A stretch of DNA of 64,000 nt from assembly GCA_012026655.1 (NCBI GenBank), contig JAAILG010000140.1, positions 62,001-126,000 on the forward strand, read 5' to 3'. Below, piece by piece: positions 12,336 to 23,908 of the stretch. A program made the position numbers and the translations under genes. The notes under the pieces were generated by a model, which saw nothing but the letters and a program-made list of their open reading frames with translations, ran no database searches and was not told the origin of the DNA. Source of the DNA: Hydrolagus affinis. Lineage: Eukaryota. The first letter of the stretch is position 1. Every line of letters begins with the position of its first letter.

Positions 12336-14221
12336 TTCATGAAATGCATGAAACATAAAACATGTTTTAATTTTGTAGAAGATTAGGTACATCTATATGA
12401 AAAAAAACTATGTTGAGACATATGCACAATGTTTATTTTTTCTCTACATGGAATCATTGCAACCGTACTATATTGAATTCAATTATTTCAACAATACAGT
12501 AGTACTTTTTGAAATAACTGTTGACAGATTAAAATGTATTTGGGATTCTAATGTATTAGAAAATTATTTTGCTTGATAAAAGCCACCAAAAACATTTTTT
12601 GTTCTTAAACTATGATTCAGTGATCGAAAGAAGAGAAAGAATTAGCACAGCTATCATGTAGGCACTGGTACTGATGTGTGCGAGAGATTCCTTCAGGTGA
12701 GTTTAACCACAGTAAACATTATCAGCTCATTTACAAGAAATACTTAGTTCACATATGTAATTTAGCAAGTGATTTATTTATAATGGGTCCATCCAGACTA
12801 ATTTGTGCCTCTTCCACTAGCTAAAGTGCAAACGTGGGACTTTTGTGACTGCACTGGTCAAACCACAGCTCACTCAAGTGCCGGCCAATCTCTCTCAATG
12901 TGGCTGCTGTCTTTCTCTTACAGTACCTATCAATGACCTTTCAGTTTGAGTGATGTTAATTCCTGAGACTAAATGAACCAACATGGATCAGTTGGAGGTT
13001 CTTCTAGATGAGGTCTTCTGTGATGTTACAAAGCAGTTGTATCAGTTGTATCAGTTTAGGCCAGGTTGGCTGTGTAACCAGTACTGATCCACATATGGTT
13101 CTTGTTCCTGTATGTTGGTATGGATTTTTCTGGTCAACAGAAGTCCTCTATTTGTGACTTGGTGGCAGTACTATTAAGTAGAAAGTAGAAAATATTGAGG
13201 AATTCTTGAGTACCTCATCTGATTAAAGTGGCTTTGTATTTTTAGGACATGATTCTTCAATCATCTTATTTTCTGGTTGGTAGATTTACTTACCTGGTGG
13301 CATAAGCTTATAATGCAATTACTGTTTTGTTCTTAAAATGAAAGGCTTGCTTGTTTCATTTAAGTAACCACATTAGGTTTTGTTGAACAAGCTGCACACG
13401 TATGCATTTAATCCAAAACCCTTTGAAAACCTGTTTGGCACAGAGCCAGGAGGTTACCTGGTGAAGCTCACCTTCAGTGAGAAAGCTGCAAAGCCCTCAT
13501 TTACAGTGTGTCTGTGACCTCCTGGATGCAGTTAGACAAGAAGATCTGTGAAGCCTTCTCATCTCACACTTCTATGTATAGCTATGGGATGACTCCCTGA
13601 AGCCTGAAAGGAATCAATGGCAGAGACATTGAAATCTGCTATGTCCCTCACAGCTGAAAGAAACGTAGGCCCAATCAAACAAAGGGAATTGAGATTGGTG
13701 CACAAATGTTGGCATATTGTCATTCGGTGAGTCCATCGCTGCTGAAGAGAAAACAATGCAGACACTGTTGTTTTGTCCATAGTAAATATTTTGTTCATAT
13801 TTCTCTGCCTTTCTTCTTGTTCTGTTTCTTTAAGGGGTCTGCTACTTAAAACTAATGCTGCACTCACATGAAACCCTGCTGCTACTCATTAATATGGCTA
13901 AAGGAGTCTGTGTATGCAAGTGATATTTAATCCTGCTTTGATTTATAGTGCACATGGATTACGATACTATTTGGTGCAGAAAGTCACAGTTTGGCATATT
14001 TTAGTCAGTTCCACCCAATTAATAATTGGGTCAATTGGGGTTTTAATCATTGTGGGTGAATGTGCCTTCACTGTGTTTTGTCAACTGTGGAAAACACAGT
14101 AATAATGCCAAAAATACAGTTAGCACCAAAATAGGTATTCAGCAATACATGATAACATGGTAAGAGCATCACAGCAGACAGATAGCCTAACCCCATCTCA
14201 GAAGGTTTTCACTATGAAGTG

Positions 14222-14700
14222 ATTCACACCAGATTTCGCCCGCAAACTCACCCGCACCAAACTTCGCTCCCCCATTACCCCAGTTCTTGCCAGACTTCAC
14301 TAGCTCCCGGTCCCTGAGAGGATCAACTTCAAGATCCTTACCCTTGTTTTCACTCCTCTGCACCCCCCTACTTCACTGATCTCTCTCCCCAAACCAGCAC
14401 CCGCTGCCTTTGCTCCACCGGGTCTGACCTTCTCCATGTCCCCCGAATCCTCAGCTCCACCCTCGGCGGCCGTGCCTTCAGCCACTACACCCCGAGGCTC
14501 TGGAACTCACTTCCTCACTCCCTTTGCCTCGCCCCCTCTCTTCCCAGTTTCAGATTACAGCTAAAGACCTTTCTCTTCAACCGCGCCTTTGGTCACCTTT
14601 CTACCCTTGGCTCGGTCCTGCGATCCGCTACTGTGAAGCGCTGTGAGATGTCGTCTGGCATGGAAGGAGCTATATAAATCGAAGTTGTTGTTATTGGTGT
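14222..14700 (+). mobile_element. 5'-truncated L2 LINE (family B)
   Basis: Encodes ITPVLARLH*LPVPERINFKILTL; tail GAAGCGCTGTGAGATGTCGTCTGGCATGGAAGGAGCTATATAAATCGAAG(TTG)n differs from family A. Confidence 0.9.
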
Positions 14701-17019
14701 TGTTTATGTCTTGTCGAAAAATCTAGGATATTATGCTTTTCACACAATTTACATAAGAGGGTTGTGACCATCATCAGGATAGTTAAGTAAGGATTCATTA
14801 AATCTAACTGCATACACAATCCTAAATCATTTACATCACAGATTTATGTACAGAGAGTGATCTGAAATGTGTTTAATGGCTTTGAACACACTTTTTCCTG
14901 CATCTTGGGTTCATGTGCTGCATTATACACTACACAAATTATATATATTTTCTTGAGAAGCATCTTTGTTCCATCTATTTTTAAATACGATTCACTTCCT
15001 TGTATGAACATTGCACTCCCAACATTGTCTTAAATAAATAAGCAGCATATTGAAATCACTAGCTAAGGATTCATCCATTAGTATAAACCAATTTGTTCCA
15101 TAGTTCAGCATCTTCATTTTATTAGCAACCTGTGCTCTATAAACCTATGATCACCTTCAAAATGTAAATTACCTTTAATAATGCTTATTAATAATTCTTT
15201 CTTATCTCAAACCAAATTAACTCCATGCTATGGATACATTGGATATTTCAAATATTAAATATTTCAACCACTTAACTATTCTGTTTTGTGTGAATTGCAT
15301 AACTTTTCTAACCTGCAGACATCCTCTCACACTTCCATTTATGAGCGAAAAATCCACTCTGCACATGAGGCAGATTTAAAAATGGCTCAAAATTCCATGT
15401 CTTTTGGACATGGAAAAAACTCTTCACCTGAAGAGTTGAAGAGTGAAGAGTTGCTAACAGTTGCTAATAATTAAACTATTTAGAAGCATTTTGTGTGCAG
15501 AAAACAACCATGAAGTGAATGATCAATTTATCTGTTGAATTGTTTGCCAGTATAACTGGAGTAGTTTGACAAGGGGAAGTATTCTATTAGACCTGAGGGT
15601 CTAGAGTAATTATACCTCGAAAGGTCTTATTTACTTTAAAACCCAGCAGGATCAGTAAAGATGAATGTTCATTTTTTGAGGATTTTAACTGTGTTTTAAC
15701 ATGTAGGTTTAGATTTGTGGAGTGAGGAAATGGCAAACCTCCCAACATGATTTGACTGTCAGTATAGCAGCTGCTCACCTGCCAAATTTGGAGATGGATT
15801 TCACAGTTATTATTGAACTATCTTCCAGAAGTCACATACTAAATACAGGACTATAGTTTTACTTTGAAAGACGTGAATCTAATTTTTACTTTCTATTGAA
15901 AAGACAATGGAATTAGTGCCTGAAACACACTGTTTTGGGACATAACTTTTTCTTACTCTAACCTTTATCCTTCACACAACTCATTGGAGATCAATCTACT
16001 CTGGCACACTACCTTTGTTAATTGACGCATGACTTCTCTCAACAGATTATCTTTAAAAATACCTTTAACAAGACTTCCTAAGGTTTACAGTCAAGTCTCA
16101 GGATTAAACAATGTCGGTAAATTGATCCCATCTGGAGTTGAAAGGGAATCTGAAAGGGTTGAGATGGTGACGCTTGATAATTCTTAGTTATCAGATGACC
16201 TCTTAATGGTCCTTGATTCTGTGACTTCTAAATGTTCACTTTTAGCTTCTTGGATTAATATAAAGCACCGGGGATGTATAGATACTCAATAAAGACATTT
16301 TAACAAGGTGCACAGTTGAGTTGCGATATATCAGTCATACTTCTCGAGGAAGCACAAAGTTGTCCGCAAACATCAGAAAGAACAGATATATTCAATGTTA
16401 CAATTTGTTAAGATTAAACACTTGAAAATTATTTTATATGGAATTATATAATAAAGACATAAGGTAAAGTAACATTTTACTTCCATTTTCTTTTGCCAGA
16501 CTACTACAACTGCAAGTAACTTGTTAACAAATGTTGCACATATAGCTGAAACAAGGCATGAAAGTATCAATGATCCCACTTTGATTCTGTTCTTGTCAAA
16601 CTTGTCAATGACTGAGACCTTCTTCTACACATGCTGTCTATAGGGAAAATATGACACCTGTCAGACACATTACAGATTACTGCTTGACCAAAGTGTGTCA
16701 ATCTTTACCCAATGGAAACAAATATATTATTCAATACTGCAATCGGATGTAATGTTATTAGATATTCAAATGCGCTACTCCATTGTCTTGTCATGTTTTC
16801 TGCAAATGAAGATCTTTATGTGACAGTCTGTTTTAGGAAGCAGTGAATAGGGTTAGAACACTGGCTGTATTCAGTCTTGGGCTATGAAATTAATGAAGCC
16901 TGAAGCTGATAATGCCATGTCTCACTACACTGGCAGTGACACCCCCACAAGTTCACAGAAAACACTGGACCAATATATAGACAGCATGAATTGCAAGGAA
17001 ATACAAATCCATCACAAGA

Positions 17020-17400
17020 TCATGTAAGATAAGAAGAAAGGTTCGGATGAAGAAGGCCCATTTGGTGGGCTTATTGTTGCAGAATACCAACCCTATCATC
17101 CATTAATTTTAGCATCAAGCACCTTTTTAAATGAGTCGAGCATCCTGTCCTCAACTACCTGTCTTCAGGAGGATGTTAAAGATCTCATGACATCTATGAT
17201 TTTCAAAGAGAAGGGAGTTTCTCCTAGTGTCTCGGGCAGCAATCCATCAGATAAATTGGACATTCGCTGCCTGGCTGTTTGTGGGACCTTGTTGCCCTGG
17301 CCTCAATCATTCTTCTGTTAATTGTCCTCAGGTAAAGAAATATTTCCTGGTGTCTGTCCTGAAATTGCCCTTTGGAACCTTAAAACCTTCCCTCTTCTGC
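17020..17400 (-). mobile_element. Old CR1 LINE 3' remnant
   Basis: AAGAAGGCCCATTTGG...CCTCAACTACCT...GTAAAGAAATATTTCCTGGTGTCTGTCCTGAAATTGCCC resembles the reverse complement of a CR1 ORF2 end/3' UTR. Confidence 0.55.
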
Positions 17401-18212
17401 TGTCTTGCTGCATCCAAAAGTATTGTCTTCTCCACTCAATCACCAGCAAACTGATGCTGGTATAAACAACTAAATTGTATGGGAGTACAAATGCAGTCAT
17501 TCCCTAGGCTACCAGATTACATTGTTTTGTGGGGCTAGACTACTTTAGTTTAAAATAAGCAGCTGATTTGCGTAAAATGTTCTCAGTACCAGGAGAAACA
17601 GTAAGTAAATACATATTTACAAAGGTCATACAATGCAGTAGCAAAGTATGGTCTTAACTTTTATAATTATATACCAAAGAGTGCAATAATTATTTAAATC
17701 TTTTGGTTTAAAACCTGGCCAATCAGAGCTAAGTATTTAAAATATGAACATTTTTCTCACATATGTCCTGTCATAGTTTTTATGAAAATGCTCAATAATG
17801 TAAATCCCAGGGTTTCTGACACACATCGCAGTCACTTCAAGTTTTAATAACCTTGGCTGCTTTATTTAGTGTTTGTTTTTTCCTCGTAGCCCGTACTAGA
17901 TTCTCCTTGCTTTTCACTTGCCCTGTCATGCCCAAAAATTCCTAGAGGACATCAAGTTTTATGTTTAAAAGCCACAAACAATGGGGTGTGCTGCAACTAA
18001 ATGGAGCTGGTGAATTGAGTGTCTTCTTCTTTCCAATCTTCCACTGCTTATCTGATCACTTGATTATCGAGTTCTATATTTGTCAATGAGGCCAAATTAG
18101 CTGTCCTTCGCATTGACAACACTCAGGTTGGGACCATGTTACATCATGATAAATGCCTAGGCCAAGAAATATACTTATTCAAGATTTGATTTGAAACATA
18201 CCTATAGCAGTG

Positions 18213-18528
18213 AATAATAATAATAATCCTTGAATTCGATATAGCATTTTTCACATTTTCTAGACATCTCAAAGTGCTTCACAGAATATACTGTAAAGTC
18301 AATTAACTGTATATTTGTGGGTGAAACGTGACAGCCAATTGCGCACAGCAGTGTCCCCCAAATAGTCGTGGATTGAGTGATTATAATTATAAATTTTATT
18401 TTCTTGAGAGATTATTATAAGGCATGTGGACGAAGGAAATTTGCCCAAGGTTTTGCCCTGCAGGGAATCGAACCTAGGACTCTCTCTTGCGAGACGAGTG
18501 CTCTGAGGACTGAGCTACAGGACTCCAT
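18213..18528 (-). mobile_element. Full-length tRNA-derived SINE
   Basis: Reverse complement aligns end-to-end with 11816-12120. Confidence 0.95.
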
Positions 18529-18807
18529 GGTATGTGTAGATTTATTTTTGTTCTTTGTTGAGCAGGCAATTCAGTTTATTGCGATTCACAAAAGAACACG
18601 TGGCTTAAAGTCTCTCCTCTCTGGGTATTCACTGATGCAAAGTGAATAATGTGACAACATACAAAAGAGCTGCAGATTTATTTGGACAATTTATAAGGAA
18701 GCATGGGGGGTAGTTTCAGATTAAATGTGGAAAATAGAATAGGGCTTGGCTGTTGGTGATGCAAGAAATCAGTGTTTGATTTACAAAAATGTAATAGATG
18801 TATTGGC

Positions 18808-18910
18808 TGGTCTGATACTCTGTGATCCAAAGCATGGTTGGGGGAGTGCTGCATTGTCGGAGGTGCCATTGTTCAGATGAAAAGTTAGAACTCAGGTCCT
18901 GCAAATGGAG
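18808..18910 (+). mobile_element. Deu-domain fragment of an older DeuSINE
   Basis: GGGAGTGCTGCATTGTCGGAGGTGCCATTGTTCAGATGAAAAGTTA is the characteristic start of the Deu domain. Confidence 0.7.
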
Positions 18911-20535
18911 GGAAAAAAAGAAAAAAGAAAAATCTGAAAGGAAGCACGTAGGTTGCAAATAATTAATAAATCTCTGGAATTCTTTATGATGCCAAATAAA
19001 GGCTGCTATGGCTGGCAGTCATTACCTCATCAGTAGCATAATTCAGGCGGCGTTAAGATGGTCAGTAGAAAAATTTAATTTGGACTCTAGAGAGAAACCG
19101 CTTGATGACTGAAAGGACTGTCACCAGCACAATTTGACAAGGATGAAACAACTGCAAGTCTATTATCAATATTCATGTTCCCCAAGTAGCCTCTTCATCT
19201 CTTTGCTCTCTTCAGTTCAACTCTTCAGTTCTTCATTTGACACAGTGTTATTGTGATTCCTGATGATAAGTTCTCTCTTAAAAAATAGAGTTGATGGCCT
19301 GTAGATGATATAACGACCTGAAGGCAATTTGAGTGGTTACATGCAATGGATTTGCTGTTGTACTTTGGGAATATTGTTGGGGGGTGGGGGAGAGAAGTCT
19401 TCAAGCTATCAACTGACACACCAAATTTCTAAGCACAAAATGCAAGAATTCACACAGGTAGTCAGGTGTTTTGAAATTGAATGTTGTTTTAAAAGGGTCT
19501 GTCAACTTTTACGTTGGGTAATAATGCGATTCAAATAGGATCTGTAGTTTCCTTTATACTTGTGCATTTTCATAACTTGCAATTTAAATCGCTAACAAAA
19601 TGCATTCTTAGCTGGGCTTCCGTTCCATGATTTCACATGCGGGCCAGCTTGACCCACATAATTCACAATGATTTACACCACCAAAGCTCATAAAATGATC
19701 TTTTCCCTCCCCTCCCGCTTCAAGGAAGTGCATATTCTGCTCAACAATGCTTACTTACCGACTTACTCCGCTTAAGCTATGGATAAATCTTTCTTCTGTC
19801 ATCAGTCTCTTCAAGTTCAGCAGGTGTAATGCTGATTTCTTGTTCACTCTTGAGTCCTGTTTTGTTTTCTCTTTGAATACTCATGAACATACCCATGTGC
19901 AAATGATGTCTGAGCAACAGGTCAGATAGGTAAACTCATGTGGAGCAGATTAGGTCACGGTCCTGAGCCAGATCATGTGAGTTTCAGGTCAACCGGTGAC
20001 TAATAGCATCTCCCACAGATGTAAGCATCTCTCCGCTGGGATTACAGGCACAGCTGCTCGTCAATTGAACAGCCACAGATGTAAAATCACTCAGCCATTA
20101 AAATCATGTCCAACATGACACTTGCTGAGGCATGAATAGGATCAATATACATAAATCCAAGTTATTTCTGCTGAACTCAAAGCTGGCAGAACAAACAGAT
20201 GTAACATGATTGCAAGTGCATGCATTCAGTGCCAGGCTTGTTATCAACTACTTTGCTAAGTTATGTCTGCTAGAATGAGTTAGAAGGCAAAGCACGCTGT
20301 TCTTCAGATATGTGTATAGAAATCAATTCAGCCACTTTGTTCACTTCAATTTAGTTTTGGAGAAAAACAGATTCTGAGTTCTTGTGAGATGCATGATAGA
20401 TTTGCGTTACTGTACACCGTTGTTGAAATATTCAATTATGTGAAACTATCCCTGCAGAAGACAAGTAAATTTCCCTGGGCCCTAATGCTGTGACATACAG
20501 CTGTGGCAATGTTCCATGATATTATACTGATACCA

Positions 20536-20622
20536 CAACAACAACAACAACAACAACAAAATCACATTTGTAGAGTGCCTTTCACATCGGGGGGACGTCC
20601 CAAGGTGCTGAATGTCAGGGAT
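20536..20622 (-). mobile_element. L2 family A tail with (CAA)n
   Basis: (CAA)n AAATCACATTTGTAGAGTGCCTTTCACATCGGGGGGACGTCCCAAGGTGCTG. Confidence 0.85.
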
Positions 20623-20927
20623 ACAAGGTGATATCTGAACAACTTTGAATAAACCGTAGTGTAGTACTGTCTAAGGATTAGTATAGTACAATATCACAAA
20701 GCATGAAAAAAAATGCAGAACAACCTCACACTTGTTACGTTGCTCGGTTTGTGCAGTCAACGCAAGTGGGCAACATTTAAATTTAAATAATATATACAAT
20801 ATAATTTAGCATTGCTAAACCTTTCTCATACTTTATTTCCCTGGAACTCAGCTAAATAAGCAATGTCTAACATGTAAGGTTGTCATAGGTTGGCCCAGCT
20901 TTGGAGCTTATTAATACAATAGCCTCA

Positions 20928-20952
20928 ACACACACACACACACACACACACA
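20928..20952. repeat. (CA)n microsatellite
   Basis: About 12 CA units seen directly. Confidence 0.95.
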
Positions 20953-21317
20953 TTGAATTCTTGGTGTTCCAGCTAACAATCCCCCAATAAAATTCATTAG
21001 TTTCATAGTTGTTTGTGGGCCTTTGCTGTGTGCGTATTAGCCACTGTCTTTGCCTGCTGAACAATCGCTACACTTTACAGTTATATCCCCTGAAGCGCTT
21101 TCACATCAAGTAGAAAGCTTAATTTTACACTTGTTATCATTAGGCAATTTCTCTCTTGTGTAGACATTGTACCTTTCATAACATATTTAGGAGCTAAGCT
21201 TTACAAAGATAAAGTTTATTTTAATTGATCTAAATTGCTTCATTTCTGTCCAGATGAATGCAAAGTCGTTGTTCTGAGAAAATGCTAAAATATTATTATA
21301 ATAAATACAATTAATAT

Positions 21318-21412
21318 AATAGTCAATTTGCTTTACGATATATTCTATGAACTGCTTTGAGACGTCCAGAAAATTAGAAAATCGCTATATCAAATGCAAG
21401 GATTATTATTAT
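21318..21412 (+). mobile_element. SINE 3' fragment
   Basis: GCTTTGAGACGTCCAGAA...CGCTATATCAAATGCAAGGATTATTATT. Confidence 0.8.
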
Positions 21413-23801
21413 ATTACTGCAAAAAATGATACAAAGTTTGAGCTGCACACAGTTCAGAGCAAATCAGAGATTCTATTGATTTTTAGGTAGCATTTGAGAC
21501 ATAAATGATTTCAGGCAGGATACTGTGGCATGTATTATAAATTATACAGAACTAATATGACAGCTTTTTCTACTCTTTGCTATAGCCTCAAATAGAGTTG
21601 TGATAGATTTTTCTCTGAGTCCATAAAAAGAACTCAAGAAATTGCTACATTTTAAATCATCCTTCAAATGCATGTTGAGTTGGTTTATCAGCAGGCTACT
21701 GAATGGTTCATGAGCTAGTGAATGATGTATGAAGAAACAAGAATACATTTTAGCTCAATCAGCTTAACTTTCTGGGTTTCTTTCTTTCTTCCAACATCGC
21801 TGATCAGGGCAAACGGCTCTTGATTAATTTTGCCAGTGGATTATGCTGTAAGTCTGTCATAACATAATTTAATGACCAATTAACAGAGTTGTACATCTGT
21901 ATTTTTTTTGCGTGTATAATATACACTACTGTTTCCACACACATTTTTTTCAGGTGTATGCCCTTTAGTTCCATTACGCTAATACTTCTAAACATAACAC
22001 TGTCATGTGCCTCTCGTTAGGAAAATCTGGAAGGAAAGCACTGCCCGAACAGAATTTCGTACTTCATATCAGGTGACTGAAGGGATCATTATTGAGATAA
22101 GCGTAGGCTAGTGCCCCACCCTCCAACCCTCCCGCTGACTGACCCCCTTCACCCCCTTCTGTGCAGCAGAATGATGTGCCCAGGTGGACTAAAGGTATTC
22201 TACATGAGGATAAATGTATATACAGTATAAATAAAATTAAATAAAACAAGTACACAAGCTATGAGTTCTATCGAAAAATGTACTTCGCCACTATTTTGAT
22301 ACAAACATAAATAACCCTGACAGAAACTTTGTAGAGGGGTTTGAGATGTTCAATGTTCTGGGCGCTGTATCAAAGGCACAACTCATTAACATTTTGCTGC
22401 AAGCAATAACTTTGGTTCTATATCATGCTGCAATAACCTCGCAAAAACATCCTGTAAAATTATGCATTTTTCAACGCATACAGTAAAGCAAAAAATATTA
22501 AAGAAAATATCTGTTGCAGTGAATCTTACAGTTGAATTCTCAGTCTTTCAGCTTTACCTTCACATTGTATCCTGTCATTTGGCCACAATTGGATAGGAAT
22601 CTCTGTACCCAGAAATCTATTTTTACACATAAATGTACAACATCATATATAAAATTCTCCATGATGTCTGCAGGATATCTACCCTCACCAAACAATGCCT
22701 TGCTACATGTAAGCGAACTGTAACTTGTGATCTTGTGATTATCAGATCCACAAAGGAACCAAAGCACACAGTAGTCACCAGTAATTGCTTCTGCACATCT
22801 GCCTTTCAAACAATTTAAACAAAATGTGATTAAGGAAAAATGCCGTCCTCTATCTCAGTGCAAGCAACACTCTTGAACTTTTTAGAGCTGATGCCACTAA
22901 AGTTGATTAATTTTTTCTTTTTTATCTGATAGAAAATACCTAGAATCTTAAAACAACAGCGACGAGTTACACTTTTGTGGAACATGTGTAACCATAAAAG
23001 GCTTTTTTTTTACATGGAGCCCCAGTGAGATTAGTCTTTGAGCTCAGGCAAAGAAAAAAACAGCACAAAGCAATTAAAGAATCCATTTTTGGCTCAAAGC
23101 AATATTTTTTTTATTGCCAAGGTGTAGTCTTTCAATAGTTGAATAGGGTTTAACGTTTAACAATGTAATCACATAAAATAAAGTTTTGGTTTTATTGAGC
23201 AGAGAAATTAGAACCTTGTATCCGCCTATATCTCTAAGCCACGAGTCCTTCAGGTCAATAGGAGAAACGTATAGGTAAGGATGAGTAATTGATTTTGGCA
23301 GCTCCTGCTCGGAGCAGTGAGCTCTTCCTCTGCTCAATGAGCCCAGCAGAGGGTATGAGCTTGAATGGATGAGCAGACCCCAACCTAGACGTGGATCATT
23401 TATACTCCAATGGGCTTCGGAAAAAAAACACTGGAGATTCAATTAAACACATCTTGATTCTTCAAGCAGTAAACTTACTGCTGTTCAAAACTTATTTTAT
23501 TTCTTGATCCTCCTTCCCGTTGGTAAGCTACTGTGAGACTTTCTGCCTCACCATCAATTCTTAAGTGATTAGATTGTGTTGTGAAGTCTTTTTACCTAGT
23601 ATTTACTGGGGTAACAGAAATTCTGAAAGATCTCGGCAAGTTTTAAAACTTTTATTCAATGTGCATTTGCAGCTGTTTAAATTATGATGTTTGTCACAAT
23701 GCTGATCATTGTTTGTTTCTTACAGGAACCCTTTATTTCTTCATTGAAGTTGGTGTGCTGGAATTAGAGGGCTTTGAACTAGAAAGTAATACTACCACCA
23801 G

Positions 23802-23908
23802 TAATAATTCTTGCATTTGATACAGCGCCTTATCGCTTCCTTGAGATGTCTCAAAGCACTTCACAGAATATACTGCAAAGTGAATTGACACTATATTTTG
23901 TGGGCGAA
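23802..23908 (-). mobile_element. SINE 3' fragment
   Basis: Matches the reverse complement of the family tail. Confidence 0.82.

Noticed and set aside
13287-13298. TACTTACCTGG resembling the U1 snRNA 5' end
   Set aside because: Similarity stops after 11 nt; it is simply the complement of a consensus splice donor
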